This document shows, in pieces, positions 1 through 8,720 of a stretch of DNA of 64,000 bases (the first letter of the stretch is position 1; each line of letters starts with the position of its first letter). This DNA is from a virus (lineage: Duplodnaviria; Caudoviricetes), in IMG/VR virus record IMGVR_UViG_3300027861_000021, positions 2,242-66,241 of that record; one strand, written 5' to 3'. The notes below the pieces were generated by a model that saw only the letters and a program-made list of their open reading frames with translations, was not told where the DNA came from and made no database searches. The position numbers and the translations under genes were made by a program.

Positions 1-2
1 AT

Positions 3-19
3 TGCAGAACCTGTGCCAA
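3..19 (-). promoter_or_regulatory. sigma54-type -24/-12 motif pointing out of the left edge
   Basis: Minus strand TTGGCACAGGTTCTGCA is GG-N10-GC with TGGCAC; IHF-like sites lie beside it. Confidence 0.4.
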
Positions 20-34
20 ACTAAGTACCAACAA

Positions 35-271
35 TATCAAAGGCTTATAAATAGTTGGCATGGCTAAGGATTAGACACCCCCAAAAATATAACCTACTGA
101 AATCAGGTGAAATCGGGCGAGTAACTCCATGAAATTGTTGGAGGTGTATTCAAAACGTTCAATGACCAATGCTTAGACACTCACAAGAGGCGGCAGGGTC
201 AACCTATTGATATTATTGAAGATATCGGGCGATTGAAGGCAGTAAAGGAGAGTAAGCTAGCGGAATTGTTG
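35..271. repeat. cluster of IHF-like sites within a degenerate tandem repeat
   Basis: TATCAAAGGCTTA (35-47) and TATCAATAGGTTG (200-212, minus) match WATCAAN4TTR; near matches at 90-102 and 122-134; blocks TTAGACAC, ATCGGGCGA and GAGTAA..AATTGTTG each recur. Confidence 0.5.
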
Positions 272-749
272 ATGATTGTTATGATAATCTCAGCAATCTA
301 ACAGGAGAGCCGTTTCCCCATATAAGGAAGTGATCGCTTCGATTATCAGGCTGGCAGCATTTACGTAAGCCCGTAAGCACATACGTAAGTACATAAGTAA
401 GTTAGTATCATTACCCATACTTCCACACACACATACGTACACAAATACGTATTGCCATATGTACGGCTTTAAGGGATTTGGGGAGTGGGTTTGGGAATTG
501 CAGGTGAATGAGATTAACTTCTGCACATTTTTTTGCCCCGCTAGTTTGAGAATGGGTGTGAAAGGCACGAGTGAGGACCAGCCGCTTCAAATGTACACCG
601 AACGAAGGGCTTTCACCTAGAAGAAGTAGACACTCGCCCAGTTTTTCCACTTTATTTTAGCTAACCCCAGTAATTCCAACTACTTACACGTAACTCCACT
701 TGCACAAACTCAGGTTTTTGATTTATTTGCTGTTTGGTGAAAATAAAGC

Positions 750-778
750 TTGACATTTGCTTTAAAGTGTGCTATAAT
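750..778 (+). promoter_or_regulatory. sigma70 promoter P1
   Basis: TTGACA-17 bp-TATAAT with extended -10 TG. Confidence 0.85.
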
Positions 779-837
779 AGATATAGACCTACACGTTCTT
801 GCTACAAAGCGTGTCTATAACCGCAAAAGGAGCGCAG

Positions 838-1044
838 ATGACAGTACTGAAACACTCACACAGCAAACAGCCTAAAAGCAGTATCTATATAACAGAATGG
901 GACGTAGAGCCACTAGATGATGTGCTGAGAGAGGACCAACTTCTACGTTTATCCGACAGAGATTGGGAATTGGTTTCGAGCACTCTTGAATCTCCACCTG
1001 AACCAAATGAAGCACTTAAGAATTTGCTGAAGACGACTAAATGA
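838..1044 (+). CDS. TacA/DUF1778 antitoxin-like C-terminal domain protein
   Basis: LRLSDRDWELVSSTLESPPEPNEAL resembles the DUF1778 C-terminus; AAAGGAG precedes ATG 838. Confidence 0.65.
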   Translation: MTVLKHSHSKQPKSSIYITEWDVEPLDDVLREDQLLRLSDRDWELVSSTLESPPEPNEALKNLLKTTK

Positions 1045-1283
1045 GAAGTATATGGCGAACAAGCGGAGGCAGGGTCTTAATTGAGCTACTGTACGGAACT
1101 GAGGGTATTACTCGCCAGAATTTGACGGTAACCTTCGACAGAGTGCAACTTTGCCGCAGATTAAACATTAGAAGGGCCAGATGGGATGAAACTCTCGGCT
1201 GGCTATCCGATCAAGGACTAATATATTGGGAGAGCGGGAATACTGCTATTCTTAAGGAGATTAAAAGTAATGGCAAAAAGTAA
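1041..1283 (+). CDS. possible winged-helix DNA-binding protein
   Basis: LCRRLNI..R..W..TLGWLSDQGLI pattern; ATGA overlap with the upstream gene. Confidence 0.4.
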   Translation: MRSIWRTSGGRVLIELLYGTEGITRQNLTVTFDRVQLCRRLNIRRARWDETLGWLSDQGLIYWESGNTAILKEIKSNGKK

Positions 1284-1476
1284 ACCGCTAAAAGGTAAAT
1301 ATGAGACTACAGACGGTAGTAAGAAGAAACCGGAGATGAAGGACGACTTGTTTGACGCAATGTTCGGAAACAAAGACATTGCCGACAAAAAGAAGAAAGC
1401 AGAGAAAGACATAGATAAGAAGAGAAAAAAATTAAAAGAAAAGGTAAAGAAGCCTAAGAAAAAGGAAAAGAAATAA
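1270..1476 (+). CDS. small Lys-rich protein
   Basis: AAGGAG RBS; very basic C-terminus. Confidence 0.65.
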   Translation: MAKSKPLKGKYETTDGSKKKPEMKDDLFDAMFGNKDIADKKKKAEKDIDKKRKKLKEKVKKPKKKEKK

Positions 1477-1649
1477 TGGCTTATGATAAAGACAACAAAG
1501 GTAGCTCTGATGCTGCTCGTAAGATAAGTAAGCGATTTAAGCGTAAGAAAAAAAAGGAAGATGACGAACCTAGCTGGCTTGACAACTTGAAAGAGTCAAT
1601 GAGTAAAGGTGGTGCACGAGAACGGTACAACAAGAAGAAGAAAAAGTAG
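1476..1649 (+). CDS. small Lys-rich protein (57 aa, not in the ORF track)
   Basis: TAATG coupling; MAYDKDNKGSSDAARKISKRFKRKKK... Confidence 0.6.
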   Translation: MAYDKDNKGSSDAARKISKRFKRKKKKEDDEPSWLDNLKESMSKGGARERYNKKKKK

Positions 1650-1760
1650 CCCGGTCCTCGGATCGAGCATTCCTCCGCCGACTGAGTGTGTTCGCATAAA
1701 GTCCACCCCTGAGTACGGGTGTGAAAAACTTCTCACCAAACACCTTGGAGGAGCATAAAA
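1650..1760 (+). ncRNA. candidate structured leader RNA
   Basis: GC-rich intergenic stretch; TCCTCC (1671-1676) can pair with the SD GGAGGA (1747-1752); H-type pseudoknot possible at 1704-1735. Confidence 0.35.
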
Positions 1761-2201
1761 GTGAATAGAACAGATCAAGATAATATAACAAGTCTAATGA
1801 GTCAGGTATACACGCCCAGCGTCCCTGAGAAGAAGCTGAAAGCACGTTTCTGGTCTAGCTGGACTGACGGGCCTTCTAAGGGTGATCCAACAGCAGAAGA
1901 CGCTGTACGCATCGTTGGCAAGCCAGAGAAGTTTTCAAATCCTGCATTTGTTGACTGGTTTCTGAACACCCGTGAAATGGTGGAAACCCTTCACTTTGCA
2001 CAAAGTCTAGTAATGGACATGCTTGTTGAGGGAATACAAGACCCTGAACTCCGGTTTAGTGACAAGCTAAAAGCGGCGGCAATGGTTTGGGACATGACAA
2101 AAACACATGCTCCAAAAGCAGAAGTTGTGTACGCAGATGCGGAACTCGCCCAACTTTCAGATGATGAACTAGAAAAGAAGATCAAGAAGCTGGAGAAGTA
2201 G
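1761..2201 (+). CDS. putative terminase small subunit
   Basis: Helical protein ending in LSDDELEKKI, a tail common in small terminases; upstream of the packaging genes; GGAGG RBS. Confidence 0.45.
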   Translation: MNRTDQDNITSLMSQVYTPSVPEKKLKARFWSSWTDGPSKGDPTAEDAVRIVGKPEKFSNPAFVDWFLNTREMVETLHFAQSLVMDMLVEGIQDPELRFSDKLKAAAMVWDMTKTHAPKAEVVYADAELAQLSDDELEKKIKKLEK

Positions 2202-2204
2202 GCA

Positions 2205-2522
2205 GTGGAAAAGAAACAATTTGTAACTGTAATGGGTGTGGCTTTTGAGGTCAAATTTAAAGAAAAGCTGACAGAGGATGGTGATGAATGTTACGGACTC
2301 ACAGACGGTGCTGCACGTACAATTGAAATTAGTACCGCACTAAATAAAACAGAAGATATGAAAGCCAGCACACTAGTCCACGAGTATTGCCACGCTGTAC
2401 TCTACGTAACAGGACAGAGTGAGACTCTCACAACAGAACAAGAAGAAGGACTGGTAATTGCATTTGAACATGCACTAGTCCAAAGTGGATTTGTACTTGA
2501 ACTAGAGGAGGATGAAGAATGA
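2205..2522 (+). CDS. small HExxH zinc metallopeptidase-like protein
   Basis: STLVHEYCHA with a downstream EE. Confidence 0.7.
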   Translation: MEKKQFVTVMGVAFEVKFKEKLTEDGDECYGLTDGAARTIEISTALNKTEDMKASTLVHEYCHAVLYVTGQSETLTTEQEEGLVIAFEHALVQSGFVLELEEDEE

Positions 2523-2752
2523 GCGTTAGAACAGGTGGTTCAATGTCATTTGTTGCAGGGCTAATGGCACCTCGTAAATTTGATTTAATTCTAACAGAAT
2601 ACACCACTACATTCATAACTAATTATGGGTACTTTAGTGTGGCTCCAGACGGTACAGAGGTCTTTCAGAGTAGAACAGAAATAACAAAAGACTCCTCTGG
2701 TAGAGAAATTAGAATACAACTTTTTACAACACAAGACGGGATATTTAGCTAA
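2519..2752 (+). CDS. hypothetical protein
   Basis: Translationally coupled at both ends; GGAGG RBS. Confidence 0.55.
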   Translation: MSVRTGGSMSFVAGLMAPRKFDLILTEYTTTFITNYGYFSVAPDGTEVFQSRTEITKDSSGREIRIQLFTTQDGIFS

Positions 2753-2943
2753 TGGCGTTTCAATTTAATCCATTCACATCAAACCTAGACGCAACAGGTG
2801 GCGGTTGTATAGACCCTCACACTGAGGCCCTGTTCCAAGTAACTGTGGACATAGCAAATGGGATTGACCTAGCTGCTACTTATATGGTAAATGATCTTGG
2901 AGAACTTTTAATTAACGATTCTGGACAACTCTTGGAGGAGTAG
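2752..2943 (+). CDS. small virion-associated protein
   Basis: N-terminal FNPFTSNLD motif of the kind seen in phage fibre-associated proteins. Confidence 0.5.
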   Translation: MAFQFNPFTSNLDATGGGCIDPHTEALFQVTVDIANGIDLAATYMVNDLGELLINDSGQLLEE

Positions 2944-2946
2944 AAT

Positions 2947-3822
2947 ATGGCAACGCACAAAGAACAAACAGACACAGAAGGTCTCCACAGACCAAAAGAT
3001 TTTGATGCTGCTAGTAATAATACAGCACTAATTAAAAATGGTTCTGGTACACTTGAGTACCGTGACCTCACAACCCTTGGTGCAACAGGACCTTCCGGTC
3101 CTTCAGGAACTACTCTGTTAAGCGTTTCAGTATTAGATATAGATAACCCAGACCTATCAGCGCAAGGCGGCGTGTTAGGTGATTCCATAGTTGTTTATGA
3201 AGTAGTAGCTTTAGGTGAAAATAAATCAAGGCGATATGTTTTTGATACAGAAGTTATTACTGCTGACGCTCCGAGAGTTGTCACAGGTGATTCTGGTACT
3301 TGGGTATTAGATGAGATTAGTACAGCTAGTACACTTCAATCTGCTTATGACAACAGTACCGATCCTGAAATAACTACAGATGCAACTAATGGAGCAGTGA
3401 CCTACAAACAAGGTTCAGGTGCTTCTGTTAATCTCTTAGAGTTTGAAGATAGCTCTGCTGTAGATAAGGGTCGTATTGCAACAGACGAGTGGAAGGTTAA
3501 CACACAGGCTTACTCGTCAATGAATACCCTATCTGATGCAGCTACCATTGCAACAGATTGTTCGGCTGGTAACGTGCACGAAGTCACTCTAACTGACAAC
3601 AGAGCACTAGGTGCACCTACCAACTTAAAAAATGGTGCTACATACATTTGGATAATTACCCAAGATGGAACAGGTAGCAGAACGCTGTCTTATAATGCGG
3701 TGTTTAAGTTTCAGGGTGGTACAGCTCCAGTGCTTTCAACAGCAGGCAGCTCAGTAGATATATTAACCGGAGTATCAGACGGAACTAACGTCTATTGCTC
3801 ACTAGCGGGAGACTTTCAATAA
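2947..3822 (+). CDS. fibre-like virion protein
   Basis: Short GxxGxxG run; C-terminal IITQDGTGSRTL..F.F.GGTAP.LST domain typical of phage fibres. Confidence 0.7.
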   Translation: MATHKEQTDTEGLHRPKDFDAASNNTALIKNGSGTLEYRDLTTLGATGPSGPSGTTLLSVSVLDIDNPDLSAQGGVLGDSIVVYEVVALGENKSRRYVFDTEVITADAPRVVTGDSGTWVLDEISTASTLQSAYDNSTDPEITTDATNGAVTYKQGSGASVNLLEFEDSSAVDKGRIATDEWKVNTQAYSSMNTLSDAATIATDCSAGNVHEVTLTDNRALGAPTNLKNGATYIWIITQDGTGSRTLSYNAVFKFQGGTAPVLSTAGSSVDILTGVSDGTNVYCSLAGDFQ

Positions 3823-5255
3823 TGTTTACTTTTCCTTTTACTAACTTTGCAGGAGGCTCATTATTTATTAATGAATATTCTGCTGTGTTCAATGGCGTTG
3901 ATGCGTGGATCAACTGTGGTCAGGCTGCTCCCTTTGCCCATAACGTGAGCTTTAGTTACGAGTGTTATATAAAAACAAGTAGCGCAACTAACATGGCCCT
4001 AATGGGTAAAGTCTTGGGCGGCGGTGTTCGAGGCAGCTCTATGAAGATGAGTTCGGGTAACATACACATGAAGCTAACTAACTCGCTTACTACCAGCGAT
4101 CTAGAAGTTCATACAGATGCAGTATTTGATGATGGACTATGGCATCACGTTGTTACTACCTACGATGGCACAAGCCTTGCTAGTGGTATCAATATCTATG
4201 TAGATGGATTTCTTAGATCGACTACTACAGACCTTGATACGCTTACTGGAACAATTACAAGCTCTGCTAACTTTGGCATTGGTGCAAGGAACGGATCAAA
4301 CCACTATGTTGATGGCCAGTTAGATGAGGTTGTAGTCTACGATAAAGAACTAAGCCAAGCGGAAGTTACATCTAGATTCAATCTTGGGGTATTCTCAGAC
4401 CCATTAAAAGAGTCATTTTCGGCCAATGTTAGTCACTACTGGCGATTAGGTGATGGTGATGATGATGCTACAACTACCTATGATCTAGCTAGTACCTTTG
4501 ACGGAACGCTTGCCAATATGGACGCTTCCAACTATATAACAGACGTTAGGCCAGCTCCCGGCTTCAGTGTCTTTGCTGCCTCTCTTAATGGGACAGACGA
4601 ATATATCAACATGGGCAATGCGTTTAGCTACACCGATAATCTCAGTGTGTTCTTGTGGGTTCAAACAGGCAACCTTACAAGCAATAGGACTATATTCAGC
4701 AAGCGACACACAGGCATTAACCAAAGAAGCTGGGCGCTTCGAGTGACCTCCGGTGGCAAGATTAGGGTTTATGTTAGCTCTGATGGTGGCGGTACAAATG
4801 AAAAAGACTACACTAGTACTGATGCCGGTCATATAGAGAACAACGGCTGGCACCTTGTAGGCTTTACCTTCGCATCAGGTACGCTAAAGCTCTACGTTGA
4901 CGGCTCAGAAGTAACGACCAGCAAAGGCTCAGACCCAACGGTGTCTGCCATCCATGCGGGAACCACTGATATTAATGTAGGTAGACAGAGAAGTGGTATT
5001 GAATACTTCCCCGGAGATATCGACGACACAACTATATGGACAGGGACAGTTTTATCGGATGCTAATATAGCTACCCTCTATAACTCTGGCTTACCTTCAG
5101 ACCCAACGACATTATCACTAGCTGGAACTCTTGCCCACTGGTGGCGTATGGGTGACGGCGATGACGCTACAACAGTATATGACAATGTTGGCTCTGCTGA
5201 CGGAACGCTTGCCAATATGGACGCTTCTAACTATACAACGGATGTACCGAGCTAA
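3822..5255 (+). CDS. tandem LamG/concanavalin A-like domain virion protein
   Basis: Two copies of WHH/WHL..IYVDG..G.[IL]D[ED]..[YW]WR.GDGDD; TAATG coupling at 3822. Confidence 0.85.
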   Translation: MFTFPFTNFAGGSLFINEYSAVFNGVDAWINCGQAAPFAHNVSFSYECYIKTSSATNMALMGKVLGGGVRGSSMKMSSGNIHMKLTNSLTTSDLEVHTDAVFDDGLWHHVVTTYDGTSLASGINIYVDGFLRSTTTDLDTLTGTITSSANFGIGARNGSNHYVDGQLDEVVVYDKELSQAEVTSRFNLGVFSDPLKESFSANVSHYWRLGDGDDDATTTYDLASTFDGTLANMDASNYITDVRPAPGFSVFAASLNGTDEYINMGNAFSYTDNLSVFLWVQTGNLTSNRTIFSKRHTGINQRSWALRVTSGGKIRVYVSSDGGGTNEKDYTSTDAGHIENNGWHLVGFTFASGTLKLYVDGSEVTTSKGSDPTVSAIHAGTTDINVGRQRSGIEYFPGDIDDTTIWTGTVLSDANIATLYNSGLPSDPTTLSLAGTLAHWWRMGDGDDATTVYDNVGSADGTLANMDASNYTTDVPS

Positions 5256-5479
5256 TGGAAAAAGTTTACGTAGTAATACCAACAGATGATATTGTGCAAG
5301 AGATGGTTGAAGAGTCTTGTCACACGGAGGCTACCTTCAGAAGAAGCCTTGATGGAGAGTTGTCTATATTAAAGTTCTGTACCCCTTTTCCAAACACGAT
5401 GGGTGGGAGAGAGAAGAAGAGTCACGCAGAAATTCTGGCCTACCTTGCTGCCAACGCTGCTGATTGGGAGGGCGAGTAA
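5255..5479 (+). CDS. small LamG-fibre companion protein
   Basis: RRSLDG..ILKF..SHAEIL..W; coupled to the LamG gene. Confidence 0.55.
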   Translation: MEKVYVVIPTDDIVQEMVEESCHTEATFRRSLDGELSILKFCTPFPNTMGGREKKSHAEILAYLAANAADWEGE

Positions 5480-5727
5480 TGGACACAGAACAGATGCTGT
5501 ACGAGATAATAGACAGGGTTGGCAAGACTCAGGATGATATGAGGGATATATTGGTTGCAATGCAAGCCGATCTAAAATACCATATAAAAAGAACAGACCT
5601 ACTCGAAGAACAAGTGGAGTTACTGCGTACTGAGATAAGGAAACCTTTCCCTTGGAAACCAGTTGCTGCCATAACTACAACCATTGCCGCCATTATTGGA
5701 ACAGCTCTAAAAGTATTAGGTCAATAA
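5479..5727 (+). CDS. coiled-coil protein with a C-terminal membrane helix (holin-like)
   Basis: Heptad region followed by hydrophobic VAAITTTIAAIIGTALKVL. Confidence 0.5.
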   Translation: MDTEQMLYEIIDRVGKTQDDMRDILVAMQADLKYHIKRTDLLEEQVELLRTEIRKPFPWKPVAAITTTIAAIIGTALKVLGQ

Positions 5728-5751
5728 TATTAGTGGGTTGTAAAATAGTAC

Positions 5752-5780
5752 TTGACATTTGTGTTTAGATATGCTATAAT
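5752..5780 (+). promoter_or_regulatory. sigma70 promoter P2
   Basis: TTGACA-17 bp-TATAAT, extended -10. Confidence 0.85.
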
Positions 5781-5791
5781 AAAGGAGTGAC

Positions 5792-6337
5792 ATGAAGTTC
5801 ATAACAACACACCCTAGATTCACATACCTCCTAGCAGGACTAGCTATGGGGGTAGTAATGTCGGCTTTCACGATCCATGAAACTGACAAATATACTAGTC
5901 GAATGGAGAAGACCATTGAGCGTAATATTGAGATACATCAAGAATATGTGGAACGAACTAGTAGAACCATTGAGAAATACAAGACCGAAAACAGGAAACT
6001 TAAGAAGAGTTCCAATACCTACAAGATTGTGCACCCCGATGGAACGGTTGAAACACGAACAAGCTCTAGCTCAGAGTCGGAAGAATCAATCTCAACTGAA
6101 GTAAAAGAGCGTTACGAGAAGCAGATCGAGGAACGAATGTCCAGATTTGAAAAGACCCTCTTGCGGGAAATAGCAAACATAACAAAAGAACAAAAATACC
6201 TCTCAATCGGGGTAGGATATACCACTGAATTGGAGTACTACGGAAGTTTAAACTACACCGTATTACCACCATTCACAATCAACGGCTGGGCAACACAAGG
6301 TGGCACGGTGGCAGTTGGAATCGGAGTAAGACTATGA
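5792..6337 (+). CDS. membrane-anchored coiled-coil protein with C-terminal amphipathic beta strands (spanin candidate)
   Basis: N-terminal TM helix, coiled coil, then alternating strands ending VAVGIGVRL. Confidence 0.5.
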   Translation: MKFITTHPRFTYLLAGLAMGVVMSAFTIHETDKYTSRMEKTIERNIEIHQEYVERTSRTIEKYKTENRKLKKSSNTYKIVHPDGTVETRTSSSSESEESISTEVKERYEKQIEERMSRFEKTLLREIANITKEQKYLSIGVGYTTELEYYGSLNYTVLPPFTINGWATQGGTVAVGIGVRL

Positions 6338-6546
6338 AAGACCTTATGGAGAACCTGAGTCAAGCAATGGGTTCAAACCAAGAAGAGGAAGAAGACCTCG
6401 TAAAAAAAGAAGATGCAGCCAAGGAAGTTAAATTCAATAAGAAATTTAAGCGGCTAAAAAAGAGTAAAAAAGCAAAAGCAGATGAAGCAGCTAGATCAGG
6501 TCTTAAAGGACCAACCCCAGAGAAACCACAGACAGGAGCAGTATAA
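6334..6546 (+). CDS. small charged protein
   Basis: Coupled ORF. Confidence 0.55.
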   Translation: MKDLMENLSQAMGSNQEEEEDLVKKEDAAKEVKFNKKFKRLKKSKKAKADEAARSGLKGPTPEKPQTGAV

Positions 6547-6806
6547 TGGGAACACGAAATTACGGCAGTATAACTCCTGCTAACACAGTAGATTTAGATT
6601 TAACTGAAGACGTAGTAGCACTTAGGGCAGCTTCTAATGCGGTCCTGACTGTAATAACCTATGCTGACTCGGCTCGTACCATAGCAATAACAACCGCACC
6701 AACGCCAGCAACAGTTGTTGTTGTATCTGATAGAGCACTAGGTCGTTACGTACGTATAACAAGCTCCGGTGCAACCCGTTTAGACGTAATCGTAGAAAGA
6801 ACTTAA
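6546..6806 (+). CDS. small beta-rich virion protein
   Basis: TAATG coupling at both ends; Thr/Val-rich. Confidence 0.55.
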   Translation: MGTRNYGSITPANTVDLDLTEDVVALRAASNAVLTVITYADSARTIAITTAPTPATVVVVSDRALGRYVRITSSGATRLDVIVERT

Positions 6807-8356
6807 TGTCAGATGATCGTAAATTATATCTTGCGGCACTGAAGTTAAAACGAATAAGAGAAAAGAACATCTGTTATGACCCACTTAAACTGGGAAGTAG
6901 ACCAACAGAGAAGCAAGACGAGATACTGAAGGACCAACTACATCGTATTCTGTACGTGGTTGCAGGTAACCAGAGTGGAAAGAGTACCCTTGGTGGTAGA
7001 CTTACTGCGTGGTTTTTCAATGAAACACATCCGTACTGGGAGAGACCAAACTCAAAACATTGCCACCACTGTAAATCAGAGAACTTTGAGCCAATTGAAA
7101 ATAGTGGCGGTGAAGAAGAAGAATTTAGGTGTCTTGATTGTAAGAAAGTTTGGTGTAACTGGGGTGATGAACCTCTAACACTTCTAGTTTCAGGTAAAGT
7201 ATCTAAGATGGTAACTGAACTTTGGGAAAAGAAGATCAAAGGTTTCTTAGAACCCGGAACTTACAGACTAGCAAAAGACGGTAACGCCCTATCCAGTGTA
7301 ACTCATCTAAAGAATGGTAACAAGATTATCTTTCTGAGTCACGAAAAGGCAATAAAAAGTAAAGATAAAATCCAGAGTTACGTAGCACACTTTGTATGGA
7401 TCGACGAAATGCCGGATCATTACATGTACCTTGAAGAAGCAATACAGCGTATCACTTCAAAAAAAGGTAAAATGGTAGTTACAATGACTCCAAAGACTTC
7501 TAATCCAGAAGTTAGAGATATGATTGATGGTGTTGATTCTCGTGTTGGACGTAAGTATCAGTTCGGTAAGCTAGATAACCCAATCTTTCAAAGTCCAGAA
7601 GCAGTTGAAACTGTAATGGCCGAAGTAGCAGGTCTTCCTGAATCAGCTAGAAATGCTGTACTGTACGGAGACTGGATGGATGCAGATGATTCTGTGTTTC
7701 ATTTTGATCGTAGCAAACATATACACTCTCTTCCAGAGGGATACAGTACTAGCCAAGAACACGTAATGGCTTACGACCCTGCTGCATCTGGTAAAGGTGG
7801 GCTGGTAATGGCTGTTAGAACAGATTCTGGTTGGCATGTAAACAAGGCTAGTTACACAAATGGCGGCAAGGCGTATTCTGATTTAGTTGTGGACATTGAT
7901 CGACAGATTGCACCATACACAATTAGTCGTAAAGTATATGATGTACATGAGACTAACTTTATACTTGAGTTCAACAAGCTAAAGAAAGTTCCGGGAGCGT
8001 TGCAGAATAATGATCCTTGGCTTGCAGTTAAAAAACATAGTAGAAAATTAGAGCTGATTACAAACTTACAACAAGCAATGCTGGATGGGTGGCTTACATT
8101 TAGTCCAGAATTACACGAGTTGTTTAATGAATTTACAGGTGCTCAATGGAATGCAGCACAGGACGGAATACAGGGAAGTCAACATTTCCACCTGTTAGAC
8201 GCACTTCAATACCTTATTGATCTATTGCCAAACAAGAAGCTGTTTAAGCCTAAGATGACAAGAGATCAACAGATAATGCAAAAGATGCAACTACAAGCAT
8301 TTGCGCCAAAGAAGAAGAAGTCTAAGATGATGGTTAAACGAAGAGGACGTAGATGA
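6806..8356 (+). CDS. terL: terminase large subunit
   Basis: Walker A AGNQSGKST, Walker B VWIDE, coupling motif TMTP, nuclease YDPA and HLLDALQY. Confidence 0.93.
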   Translation: MSDDRKLYLAALKLKRIREKNICYDPLKLGSRPTEKQDEILKDQLHRILYVVAGNQSGKSTLGGRLTAWFFNETHPYWERPNSKHCHHCKSENFEPIENSGGEEEEFRCLDCKKVWCNWGDEPLTLLVSGKVSKMVTELWEKKIKGFLEPGTYRLAKDGNALSSVTHLKNGNKIIFLSHEKAIKSKDKIQSYVAHFVWIDEMPDHYMYLEEAIQRITSKKGKMVVTMTPKTSNPEVRDMIDGVDSRVGRKYQFGKLDNPIFQSPEAVETVMAEVAGLPESARNAVLYGDWMDADDSVFHFDRSKHIHSLPEGYSTSQEHVMAYDPAASGKGGLVMAVRTDSGWHVNKASYTNGGKAYSDLVVDIDRQIAPYTISRKVYDVHETNFILEFNKLKKVPGALQNNDPWLAVKKHSRKLELITNLQQAMLDGWLTFSPELHELFNEFTGAQWNAAQDGIQGSQHFHLLDALQYLIDLLPNKKLFKPKMTRDQQIMQKMQLQAFAPKKKKSKMMVKRRGRR

Positions 8357-8496
8357 TAGTCAATGTACTTACTGTGTTGTTTTGTACCTACATACTACTT
8401 AGAGCAAAACAAAAGCACGAAGAAGATGTCAGAACCCTGAAGATTGTTAGAGAAGAACGAAGATTACGTAAACCTTGGAGGCACCGTAAACTATGA
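8353..8496 (+). CDS. small membrane protein (47 aa, not in the ORF track)
   Basis: ATGA overlaps at both ends; hydrophobic N-terminus and basic tail. Confidence 0.5.
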   Translation: MIVNVLTVLFCTYILLRAKQKHEEDVRTLKIVREERRLRKPWRHRKL

Positions 8497-8720
8497 AATT
8501 AAACTTGAAAATAACGATGCCTGATAGAGCACCCAAAGAAGAAGAAGAATGTGAGCATTGTAACCAAGTTCACGATCACTACGCAAGATGTGAAGGATTT
8601 GGTTTCGACCATTACCAAGAACCAGCCTATGAAACACCACAAGTTGAAGACTCTAGTTACTTGAAAAAAGCACTAGCTCAATTTAAGAAGAAGAGGGCTA
8701 AGAAGAATGCTAAAAATTAA
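8493..8720 (+). CDS. hypothetical protein
   Basis: GGAGG RBS; lies between terL and the portal gene. Confidence 0.55.
   Translation: MKLNLKITMPDRAPKEEEECEHCNQVHDHYARCEGFGFDHYQEPAYETPQVEDSSYLKKALAQFKKKRAKKNAKN

Noticed and set aside
290-650. Two minus-strand ORFs in the left end region
   Set aside because: Low-complexity translations across repeat-rich DNA with no RBS; probably non-coding
1650-1760. tRNA or hammerhead ribozyme
   Set aside because: No cloverleaf with a T-loop and no CUGANGA/GAAA core
4430-5255. TR/VR pair within the LamG gene
   Set aside because: Differences are not adenine-specific; an ordinary domain duplication explains it
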